Source: an uncultured bacterium
GTDB taxonomy: Bacteria; Omnitrophota; Omnitrophia; Omnitrophales; Aquincolibacteriaceae
Length of the DNA: 64,000 bases
Direction of reading: 5' to 3'
NCBI GenBank assembly: GCA_964562525.1
Contig: CAZLTL010000006.1
Location: 31,187-95,186, forward strand
Below the pieces are notes generated by a model. The model saw only the letters and a program-made list of their open reading frames with translations, had not been told where the DNA came from and ran no database searches. A program made the translations under genes and the position numbers. How positions within the stretch are numbered: the stretch's first letter is position 1; each line of letters begins with the position of its first letter. This document shows, one piece after another, positions 57,401 through 61,907 of the stretch.

Positions 57401-59639
57401 TGTGATTTCGGCAACACCGCGAGAGTTAGAGAAAAAAGATATCGAGATGCTCACGGATGATGAGCTTTTGGCGTTAACTGAGATTGCTTTGGGGGAAATC
57501 AAGCGAATTTATAATTATCCCGCTTCCGGATTTACGGTGCCTGTGGATGTTCCTGCGGAAGTGAATGGGGCTGAAACCAATTTAAATCTGCTGGTGGCAA
57601 AAGTCGGAAGACTGAGTCAGCGTGCTGAGCTGCCCAAGCCGACGCTTGATTTTGAATCTTTAAAGACCGAGGTTAATCAAGGCACTTATAACGCGCTTTC
57701 CGATATTCGTGACGCAATTCAAACGACGAATCTGCCTCTCGAAATGATTCTTTTTGGGTCTTATGCGGATGGGTATCAAATATCCGGCAGCGATTTAGAT
57801 TTAATGTTTAATGCCTCCATCCGCGGGTATGAGTCACAGGCAGAATCTGTCAGTCGTCGAATCATAGATCATTTGATGCAGCTTGGTTATCGGTTTGATT
57901 TGAAGCATCATGCTGCGGGCGGTGTGCTGCCATCCGTTATGCATACGACGCCCGCTGATTTTGTTGAGGCGCGCGGTCCCGGAAAATTTTTCCGTAAGGA
58001 AGAAAATAAAACCGCGTGGATTGTTTCTGCTTCTTCCGTCCGCCGCATTAATTTATTGAACGGCGATGTTCAGATTTATCAGTTTGCCCGCTCCGAAATG
58101 CGGGATGTGCCCAATTGGAAGGCGCTCGGTGCGGCGGAACAAGTTAAAACGCTTTTGTATCCCGGCAGCGGAGTTGATTTTTCCGCGGGATTGAGTTTAG
58201 CGCTGCAGCTGCCGAACCTGACTGATATTTATTATGTTGATCCCGCGTATTCAAGCCAGCAATTGCCTGAACGAAAGGCTGAAAAAGGTTATCACTATTA
58301 TCTTTATGATATTTTGGCGAATGTGGATTCGCGATATTTCTTTTCTGCCCGTGAACCGTTCTCAATGGAGGAAATTATAGCGTTTCAAAAGCAATTTGCT
58401 CAAACCGGTAAGGTCGCTATACCTATTATCTTGCCTGATTCGGGCGGACGAACGATCAATATTCATCTTGTCGCAAGTCTGTTTGAGACGGGATTTCAGT
58501 CCAAAATAGGTATTCCGGAGCAGGTTGATTTTATTCTTGTGAAAAACCCGGGTACGAATCGTCGATTGAGCCAAGAGCCTTCTTATTGGAATCAAGTTGT
58601 TGAATCTGTGCAGCCGAATGGAATTGTGGCGGTGACTTTTGCCGAGATTCCGGGTCAGGGAGTTGATTTTAAGCCGGTTCGTGATGCTCTTGGCGAGCCT
58701 CTTTTTAAATCAAGTGAATTTTCGGGACAAGGTTTGGTTTGGGCGGGACAGTGGGTTGTTTATCAGAAAAAAGACACCCGGACTGAGATTCGACGGTCAG
58801 AATTAACATTGGGAACTCGGATACAGGTACCAACTCCTGAGTTATCCCCAGCTTTTGAGAAGGTGTATGAAGCGTTGATGCTGAAGTTGAATGAACTGAC
58901 TACTGTCGAAGAAACGGCGGCGGTGATTGCTTATGGCTTTACAAACTCATCCCTCGGCCGCGAAAAGCAAGTTGCTATGTTAACTGCCCTCGTAGGACTT
59001 ATCGGCGTGAGCCGTTTCGAGATAATACAGAAGGTGATGCGTGAAAAGCATGCCGATGCTTGGGGCCGCCTGCAATCCATGGTTCGCTCGCCATCTAAAA
59101 ACCGTGTCATCTATCGAACGATTGATGCGGCGCAATTATCCGATGCGAAACTTCGTGAAGCATTGTTGAACGGAATGAAAGCCGTGTGGCTTGTGAACCC
59201 CAATCAAAAATTTCATTTACTTGCGGATGCCGATGTTTCGCAAGACGTTTTGAATCGGTTGGATTCAGATGTTAAGTCTTGGAAGTCTCAACTCGAAATC
59301 AAAGCGGATAATTTTGGTATTCAAGCTCGCGCTGATTTTGCTCTAAAGGCGAATGCGGATAGTTTTGTTTTTAGTACGACACGAGAAGAATTGCTCAATG
59401 ACCGCATGGCTTTGCCGGTGCATGAGTCTTTTTCGCAAAATGAACCTGATTATCTTGAAGCCGCGATTTTAGCTTTGGCAAATCTAGCTCAACAAGGTTC
59501 GCTGGTTGATCGCTTACTGCCCGGATTTGAGCAAGAGGGGGTAGGGCGTTATAAGTTAACCAATAATAGTCTTGTTCTTTATCTTGAAACAATTTTGGCT
59601 GATATCGAAGCGCTTCTGGCAACAGCCCAATCCGCTTAG
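45438..59639 (+). CDS. Giant modular protein C (4,733 aa): signal peptide, head module, long multi-enzyme cargo, tail module
   Basis: Uninterrupted 14.2-kb ORF with in-frame domain motifs throughout. The head is paralogous to ORFs A and B. The tail ends ...LLATAQSA*. Confidence 0.85.
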   Translation: MRNSSWLKFTAGVFTFLFVLNDIGQAAPALDFAASLRSEIPRVSHIEIPPEMATLEDWYESPNVGDTRLMLHIQDAHAQPEAQARIRDLIHYLNKQYGFKTVFVEGAAEQLDVKWLHPFKNSEQNKKWIEEKTSSGEMSGVDLALLDGVAGLKALPIETIEGYRDGYQKLHAVYTAEPEVNEFINFFDSKLDSAASKILNEKTRRILSEWKKFESGHRDFLPFVEKLAALAKEDLKLDLDALYSQIEWPQLSRLLVLQRVEKELAEAVPTGQRSKVKGQSHNSKPVSWREQALDEKEIVLNLLKDEQASSGLIHGLERFDEKHLNLNRITVGDGRQFSSPRALVEQLVEETRKFEIDLRDYLAFLKYAGYLILRGELQPSLLFKEIERLFEKFLEKTNDPSAELRASQRLTTNAGEDVQREAQSVKLIEIYRDSFLLKKLLNLELSREEWRKALAKREELEPQKILGRLKNLGAAVHGPRATANEKKITNLEPRTTENQDVERTFENAFDFYDAALAREDIFFEKISSSLAQNDKAILITGGFHSEGMNAFFREKEISYGTLTPRITNLAPTSLYRSAMMQATNLSKVSSQPTPALAQPLETIAAMTALSVVAVRSESRLQTEAADFVQWVEDLKLVRDPNNAAEIETVLLRHRDLFKHRPDEFPEESVSFRGRNLQKIPSRLIHQLDLTWLNGRNSDAKPITRNDLFQLVFDRPLDENEAKGFAGYDNIQSLRDLFYFLITKEHGRSLQLFAEQYFALDSGQRELFLEQAFDIHQITQYLMGQMARNDDYEVSDEILTAYAKAWPIVIQFGEAELQSGGILKRLKTVPDLPVDIDLRSNQDSGQEVILEDWERALLLLENYVEIGDESIDTQIGVVSLGLRSLAGDQATEVRWSRASSLERAVAVRLEGTLPLSREEANRYLRWLEVADSDLNGLDQAKLFEPNRLVLIGKIASLREQIVARQLQSESREDERDRGMARSELRTVEIDGVTANWEIVENLLLGDPGKFDAAFEFEKDEEVYLKIKPANFKQQQDLTEAGFESENPNWVKSLVDDAQLLTYVVGAQPKIRAYLVQDKSRNTTGLNQIEFDAGGVVRPKGDKGISASRLNEAGQLITFIPQVFVLTKAGVLPGRFKTLSEKDEIERVAAERLAAEQENLRAVQRSTAALKEIQDRMSALAASMESESAWSFVPQSIPNIDREEIADSDDLKLIRARSQMISEDLNSLRIAWQQATDTQKKWDRLLRDWASAYDKINKESSKLAGLNFQSIAVNLQSRREALNKIETYLESLVRIMGSFQAKKAEFESKLQAEKERKRAEIERVRFESSQRRGAFWDRVNRWGPFGLIAFAAMALIWFLGIREKTVAPEVRLSQPEMMDYSLQGLPQGILDAMQRNRQNLKWTPQEVLLQLQTLISKHVTDELDLGPMTIAGFPKDFDQLEVVNPPKDAYSIVIPGVQFYQAEFIPKLNNKPIKQFQQMVVSVETVRGAKVFYAQDTIVQVGEWLLSLAGDSISSAESLRMGAYIAQEFAGTTFGLEQIDHWLAKNGASQAPSPLLRGQVDLPVTYFIAKELEGLLSSDSPFVEPFRELEKQLNGGQGNVSASGKILTALIISVYADSKLYLEKISVDEQKKIFDALSRELVPLVNQNGVGVEVAALERLRGSITFRMASQTQMLSAGLRNGSITSEQAVLLWNQLMGLEEENILAIVGYLNQKNIPQAAKLSGFVKSYFENARALSQDPDGVRYIREQVELRMRMGTELLHKSEQTKPAGRSEMREFGELVERVISHTHSDGANKDQRKNLVDFFRMMSRGYQQEFLAELQHQAQGQPARKKIKIVLSHENPDPDAIISVIGEAYAQWAALSDQEKDKTLVMPLLYGEVPANTLYLIQMLERLLKNDTVPDEQEYGGMLMLRGPPAISGKTAPGTILDLLLIISTNASQQDLFQPSGAIELTLIDFNPSIAPKDLDPLMPAIVRTLDHHIQNVEKAPNMTAEETFIFKNGSASTLAALRAAGLGTYLSRSDLFTQQNVSANSFAEEREKMESAMSAIPLPLRLLFLLAIMIDTDNFKNDSTVKPVDILVYESLQKSLSAGLVSFSELIPYRDLIKDFLSNYHLKKDFLQDDSARSVAEVDAHNRKALVDLILKGDKKKFLTADGQPFLFSSIDLSSVSDLPRIRTVLELALQDVFNQVIRNYGTGQDGSSAGAEQYAFVVVRFAFWGDQKVEIHTMRKNLTANQPGIDGQALANFMQAAMTTNGQPPLSGTSHKHGFVLLPATWMQRKQLSGLLENYKNPEKETRRSESRAGYISRRTAIFGGLMALSSYFVPSSLVAEQNAQKWRDGERLMHGLGAWGVVAGEYGDTDASHMIYRGQSLSEIKISFDTRRGHAPQAVSINANGAIRGHAVQPGRNDGLASTFYLLRYHDEKGVLHDSALIQKLLGVKTQEGKLVLDVELGDREKGASRWKTMNAQIVIYPPDRVDGTLRMDIHRSAPQGLKVSQEKLGLMEGLMTEFIATNHSGADSDFDGREYSDAQAAQFYDDKGKLVLDRDLKKARDEVPSDSGFRLITAEGDDWMPKKIGGIAAFAVVSEKHSPAHQFKRMPIPPTMLVVPHQGFYLASGAVTYRKGETNFNSDNVNVTVQPEDVEAALSKPSSVSVFFMPGATPESEKRIPAMIQSVRRSEVRGDQDRQLGGAISFPIIIGLLGSFTAGVYVSMLTPAIAGLAAAALFFLPIYAGARFFWRTVVEGKNFPFQNLQDAFLWESKLLARVLSKNWSEIKLWIFMRKTLSAEEMRNQFDELSSWGLIQSDVDASFSDSKDSLKIRFKLLSLDSEESAATSSHSLSISRIFADGERVYFEYYDDSQSPARYRYRIFDQSNLKSAAEDLSANDYRAQYRSIAALHRSVPTSFLDVMNDHNESPRRWSLLFYPLVIAFAVFAGYQYVGADVMDWISLWHDVRSSYVKLLSPLSVEAVMGIGVLSLAGIVLALFIVDRVFLFLQTLIFMIASLPATLVYALIYYSRVPDLIYFAFSKSGKLKPTLLNKLVNLSVGLDEMEPEEPEFGEEEKSALIREQITQTLSSYEIGVDDQITYFGNDRRLANELAAFQPDTYVVISPESENLSQIEIDLTAPFDGEGIWERATDKTIVFFDDHAQETFTFVNELDFSRDQVVIIDPDVEVTWDELNAFLTQTTGTGLIVGHRSSFPENWENLLGDDERFEVLEADDIVTIHMNDINRSETRLQKASLQIVDALQGYANWLSTSEYDLSASAVRKQPQRLREIGAFMVLGNPDAKTFIEFAKGWYEIAQKVQRQIPIVIAGGIGRGTIGLIDTTLEHYRQLGRLNPAEEKLLLKMRSQVESYLEAKASAAIARSKQPEHPGVTEKNVIMFIFAKEGVGRFASQPGKVEAFDPRQNYTGAPVYFENGNSTNTPENFEFSKPVFESLVQEGLILPNQKTVIVTEPALLARIKPTLLYVAKEKGWQGDMNWPRARVYPLDLKKLFKPNSMTAENAQRLLDKILYWAGPSKRMIEMFPDSAKNVSELKKYADQYWGAISDGGLDFKVPVEKLRERVPEYSAAEGLIQSTLMATDEFLDALSEASYKIEFDTLNRTFTVTARSESRMLGKDSLITTAKMTFENALAMVKRRGSDAITDETVRLAENYHRTPEAWIIANEEERRYAERLSSMTLAEMKEHAEDKTNPIYGELNKYRGFDSIVNYLSNVQARRGGQSLSIAQRWIDILTQSNPEVMAQFFEGDPDNKALQNLRFYRAFLREMIYRWDTNEKPRSAELFNARSEMRLADEDRAALEQSLSELMKYLSQGRVYRMTPGMKAFEMDESSRPMAWDEIANLPEDYLPDAVLYFGSRDDQVPQLSIPVLQKMIARKPDLKIVTTGKWSDTHTELAGNFKDESGARISEAEHFARILERELAIQVERESNSTNTGQNISMGREKLTQAGVDTKNIKLLVVAQPAHQRRVGASVLKQWLKPEELAGGDYQLHVISATPRELEKKDIEMLTDDELLALTEIALGEIKRIYNYPASGFTVPVDVPAEVNGAETNLNLLVAKVGRLSQRAELPKPTLDFESLKTEVNQGTYNALSDIRDAIQTTNLPLEMILFGSYADGYQISGSDLDLMFNASIRGYESQAESVSRRIIDHLMQLGYRFDLKHHAAGGVLPSVMHTTPADFVEARGPGKFFRKEENKTAWIVSASSVRRINLLNGDVQIYQFARSEMRDVPNWKALGAAEQVKTLLYPGSGVDFSAGLSLALQLPNLTDIYYVDPAYSSQQLPERKAEKGYHYYLYDILANVDSRYFFSAREPFSMEEIIAFQKQFAQTGKVAIPIILPDSGGRTINIHLVASLFETGFQSKIGIPEQVDFILVKNPGTNRRLSQEPSYWNQVVESVQPNGIVAVTFAEIPGQGVDFKPVRDALGEPLFKSSEFSGQGLVWAGQWVVYQKKDTRTEIRRSELTLGTRIQVPTPELSPAFEKVYEALMLKLNELTTVEETAAVIAYGFTNSSLGREKQVAMLTALVGLIGVSRFEIIQKVMREKHADAWGRLQSMVRSPSKNRVIYRTIDAAQLSDAKLREALLNGMKAVWLVNPNQKFHLLADADVSQDVLNRLDSDVKSWKSQLEIKADNFGIQARADFALKANADSFVFSTTREELLNDRMALPVHESFSQNEPDYLEAAILALANLAQQGSLVDRLLPGFEQEGVGRYKLTNNSLVLYLETILADIEALLATAQSA
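46255..46284 (+). repeat. In-frame heptamer triplet GGTCAAA AGTCAAA GGTCAAA followed by GCCATAACT
   Basis: Directly follows LLVLQRVEKEL(AEAVPTGQ). TCAAAGCCATAACT (46271-46284) is identical to 10891-10904 in the mraY-murD spacer element. Confidence 0.75.
46658..46678 (+). repeat. In-frame heptamer triplet CCAACGA CTAACGA CTAACGC
   Basis: Encodes QRLTTNA. It lies in a segment absent from the ORF B head at the equivalent position. Confidence 0.7.
46862..46882 (+). repeat. In-frame heptamer triplet GGTCCAC GGTCCAC GAGCCAC
   Basis: Encodes VHGPRAT. It lies in a segment absent from the ORF B head at the equivalent position. Confidence 0.7.
50925..51665 (+). other. ORF C cargo: DHH-family [15 protein letters not shown] domain
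   Basis: Motif I SHENPDPDAI, motif II LIDFNPS, motif III LDHH (DHH at 51363-51371), motif IV MIDTDNF. Confidence 0.75.
55260..55820 (+). other. ORF C cargo: DUF218/YdcF-like module 1
   Basis: FMVLGNPD...IVIAGGIGRG...ENGNSTNTPENF...VIVTEPALLARI follows the DUF218 pattern (VLG...sGG...E..S.nT.eN...lVT..H..R). The final His is not conserved. Confidence 0.45.
56979..57355 (+). other. ORF C cargo: DUF218/YdcF-like module 2
   Basis: VLYFGSRDD...IVTTGKW...SEAEHFARIL...ERESNSTNTGQNI...LLVVAQPAHQRRV closely follows the DUF218 signature. Confidence 0.6.
57738..57818 (+). other. ORF C cargo: Pol-beta-superfamily nucleotidyltransferase core motif
   Basis: LEMILFGSYADGYQISGSDLDLMFNAS matches hG[GS]x9-13 D-h-[DE]-h. 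Confidence 0.65.
58794..59636 (+). other. ORF C tail module (shared with A and B)
   Basis: It starts at the degenerate motif RRSELT. AAVIAYGFTNSS...MLTALVGL parallels B AVAILITYGFISD...LAILASLAV. The C-terminal approximately 40 aa follow the pattern EGhx...SL...QSA*. Confidence 0.6.
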
Positions 59640-59651
59640 TCTTATCGCGAC

Positions 59652-60320
59652 TTAAGCTTTCAGAGTTCTGAGACGGGCTTCCATTTTGCGTTGGGTCATC
59701 ATGTCGCCTTTTTTATCCGCGACCGCGATACCTTGCTTGTAAATTTCGACAGCTTTTTCTTGATTGCCCAAAGCTTCCCACGCTTGTCCTAAACCATAAT
59801 AGGAAGAGGAGTGATCGGGGTCTACTTGAACCGCCTTCTCAAACGTTTGGCGGGCGAGATCTTTTTTATAGGCGTCAAGGTAAGCGTTTCCCAAACTGAA
59901 ATAACCCAATACATCATTAGGATCGAGCTCAATCACTTTTTTGAAACGCTCAATTTTTTCGAAATTATCGTTGGCAGCCGGTTCAACCTGAGGTTTTAAC
60001 CCTGCGGCTTGGCGCCAGCCCAGCGTAGCGGCCTTGGCTTGGGCTTCCTCAGCCTCAGGAATCTTACCCTGGCGCATGAGGCAGCGAGAGAGGTTGGTAT
60101 AAGCCATGACGGCATTGGGATTGATTTTGAGCCATTCGGCGATGATTTGAACGGCTTCGCTGATTTTGTCTTGATTGATTAAAATAACTGCAAGCGCTTC
60201 GTACCCGTTTTCAAACTTGGAATCAATTTCAATTGTATGCGAAAGTTTTTTACAGGCTTCTTCGGTTTGACCATTTTTGAAGTGGAGAAGTGCTTGCTTG
60301 AATAATTCTTCTGGTTTCAT
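59652..60320 (-). CDS. Tetratricopeptide-repeat protein (222 aa)
   Basis: Several 34-aa TPR units (e.g. AYTNLSRCLMRQGKIPEAEEAQAKA; GYFSLGNAYLDAYKKDLARQTFEKAVQVDP; YYGLGQAWEALGNQEKAVEIYKQGI). Confidence 0.85.
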   Translation of the reverse strand: MKPEELFKQALLHFKNGQTEEACKKLSHTIEIDSKFENGYEALAVILINQDKISEAVQIIAEWLKINPNAVMAYTNLSRCLMRQGKIPEAEEAQAKAATLGWRQAAGLKPQVEPAANDNFEKIERFKKVIELDPNDVLGYFSLGNAYLDAYKKDLARQTFEKAVQVDPDHSSSYYGLGQAWEALGNQEKAVEIYKQGIAVADKKGDMMTQRKMEARLRTLKA

Positions 60321-60388
60321 GGCGTAAGTATAACAGCTGTGTCTATGGGATGTTATTTAAGGGGGATTCTCTGATATAATTCTCGCTT

Positions 60389-61162
60389 ATGAAATCAGCC
60401 AAAAAAGACGCTTCAGCTTGGGTTGCTATTCCGATTTCTTGCATCACTTGGGCGGGGGCGGTTATTTTTACCATCCTCTATGTTTTGATCGGATTTATTG
60501 TTTTTTTTCCGATCACGCTCATTCAGCGTGATTTGTCGCGCCGGTTAATTCATTGGAGTGCAATTCTTTGGGCGCGATCTATTATTGCTATCACGCCGGT
60601 TTGGAAAATGCAGGCAGAGGGGATTACGAATATCGATCCCAAAAAAACCTATTTGATTGTCTGCAATCACCAAAGCATGCTCGATATTTTGATTGTCGCA
60701 GCGAAATTACCGGTATTGTTTAAGTTTTTGGCGAAGAAGGAGTTGTTCGATATTCCGGTTTTGGGCTGGCATATGAAGCTGGCAAAATATATTCCTGTCG
60801 ATCGCTCCAACCGCACCAGCCGCCATCAAGCTTTAGTTGATTTATCGGATTGGCTGAAAAAAGGTGCCAGCGTACTCTTTTTTCCCGAAGGAACGCGCAG
60901 TTTAGACGGCGAGATTCACGAGTTTCGCGCAGCCGCTTTTAAAATTGCGCGCGATGCCGGTGTGGAAATTTTACCCGTGGTGGTGGACGGAACAGGCGAT
61001 GCTTTACCGAAACATTCTTGGCTTTTGAAAAAGCACGTTGAGTTTCAATTAAGTGTGCTGCCGTCGATTGATATGAAGGCTGTTTCCGACGATGAAATGG
61101 ATGCTGTGAAGGATCGCGTGCGCGAAAGCATGATCGCAAAACTGAAAGAACTCCGTGCTTAG
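60389..61162 (+). CDS. plsC: 1-acyl-sn-glycerol-3-phosphate acyltransferase
   Basis: HX4D motif NHQSMLDI, FPEGTRS, and an N-terminal TM segment. Confidence 0.88.
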   Translation: MKSAKKDASAWVAIPISCITWAGAVIFTILYVLIGFIVFFPITLIQRDLSRRLIHWSAILWARSIIAITPVWKMQAEGITNIDPKKTYLIVCNHQSMLDILIVAAKLPVLFKFLAKKELFDIPVLGWHMKLAKYIPVDRSNRTSRHQALVDLSDWLKKGASVLFFPEGTRSLDGEIHEFRAAAFKIARDAGVEILPVVVDGTGDALPKHSWLLKKHVEFQLSVLPSIDMKAVSDDEMDAVKDRVRESMIAKLKELRA

Positions 61163-61907
61163 ACTGTTGACGCTCAACACTTGGCAGGAGCGCGGTCCCT
61201 GGCGCGAACGTTGGGAATTAATTTTTGCCGGACTCAAATTTTATTTGCCTGATATTGTCGCTTTTCAGGAAGTCTTTAACATGGATTGGGCGGATGAAAT
61301 TCAGAAACGTAGCGGATTTCCTTATTTATCCAAGAGTGGACAAAACTCCGGGCTCATTTTTCTATCCAAGCATCCCATATTAAAATCTGAGTGTCTGACT
61401 TATAAAACAAAATCACCGAATGAAGACTACAACCGCTACGCGCATTTCGTGCTGTTCCAAGTCGGGCGTCAAAGGATTGCAGTGTTCAACACCCACCTTT
61501 CATGGCTTTTGCCCGAAGATGATATTCGATTAGGGCAAACGCGCGAATTACTTGGGTTTATGCGTCAAAAATCACGGCGTTGGCTTGGTTTAGGGGGCAG
61601 TTACCCTTCCTTTCTCACGGGAGATTTGAATTCTGACCCGAATAAGCCTTCCGTGGAAGCCGTCAAAAAGATAATGACAGACACTTATGCGGAACTTAAC
61701 CCAGGGCAGCCGGGTATCACTTGGGATTATAAGAATCCCTTTGCTGAACGCGCGCGCGATCGCATGCCTGAGCGCAGGCTGGATTACATTTTTACCCGCG
61801 GCATGAAAGGGAAGACCAAAAGCTCGGAAATCGTCTTTAATCAGCCGGACGCGAATGGCACTTTTCCGTCCGATCATTTGGGCGTGATGACGGAGATACA
61901 GTTATGA
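61155..61907 (+). CDS. Endonuclease/exonuclease/phosphatase (EEP) family protein
   Basis: LLTLNTW...DIVAFQEV at the N-terminus, GDLNSDP, and C-terminal PSDHLGV. Confidence 0.82.
   Translation: MLRLLTLNTWQERGPWRERWELIFAGLKFYLPDIVAFQEVFNMDWADEIQKRSGFPYLSKSGQNSGLIFLSKHPILKSECLTYKTKSPNEDYNRYAHFVLFQVGRQRIAVFNTHLSWLLPEDDIRLGQTRELLGFMRQKSRRWLGLGGSYPSFLTGDLNSDPNKPSVEAVKKIMTDTYAELNPGQPGITWDYKNPFAERARDRMPERRLDYIFTRGMKGKTKSSEIVFNQPDANGTFPSDHLGVMTEIQL

Noticed and set aside
58150-58790. Calling the last ORF C cargo module a SAM-dependent methyltransferase.
   Set aside because: It has only a loose motif-I-like LLYPGSGVDFS and a beta-strand/acidic pattern (IYYVDPAY). I describe it only as Rossmann-like with low confidence and make no functional call.
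12435-59639. The giant ORFs might be artefacts of stop-codon reassignment, frameshifted assembly or fused genes.
   Set aside because: TGA, TAG and TAA all terminate well-recognised neighbouring genes, so the standard code applies. Recognisable catalytic motifs (HELGH, HxHxDH, HPD, DHH, NTase GS...DLD) are all in the same frame across more than 10 kb. Assembly errors cannot be excluded without reads, and this is stated in the relevant findings.
60321-60388. A divergent promoter between the TPR gene and plsC, with TATAAT at 60375-60380 only 8 nt before the plsC ATG (a possible leaderless mRNA).
   Set aside because: No acceptable -35 element lies at 16-18 nt spacing, and there is no further support. 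It is too weak to call.
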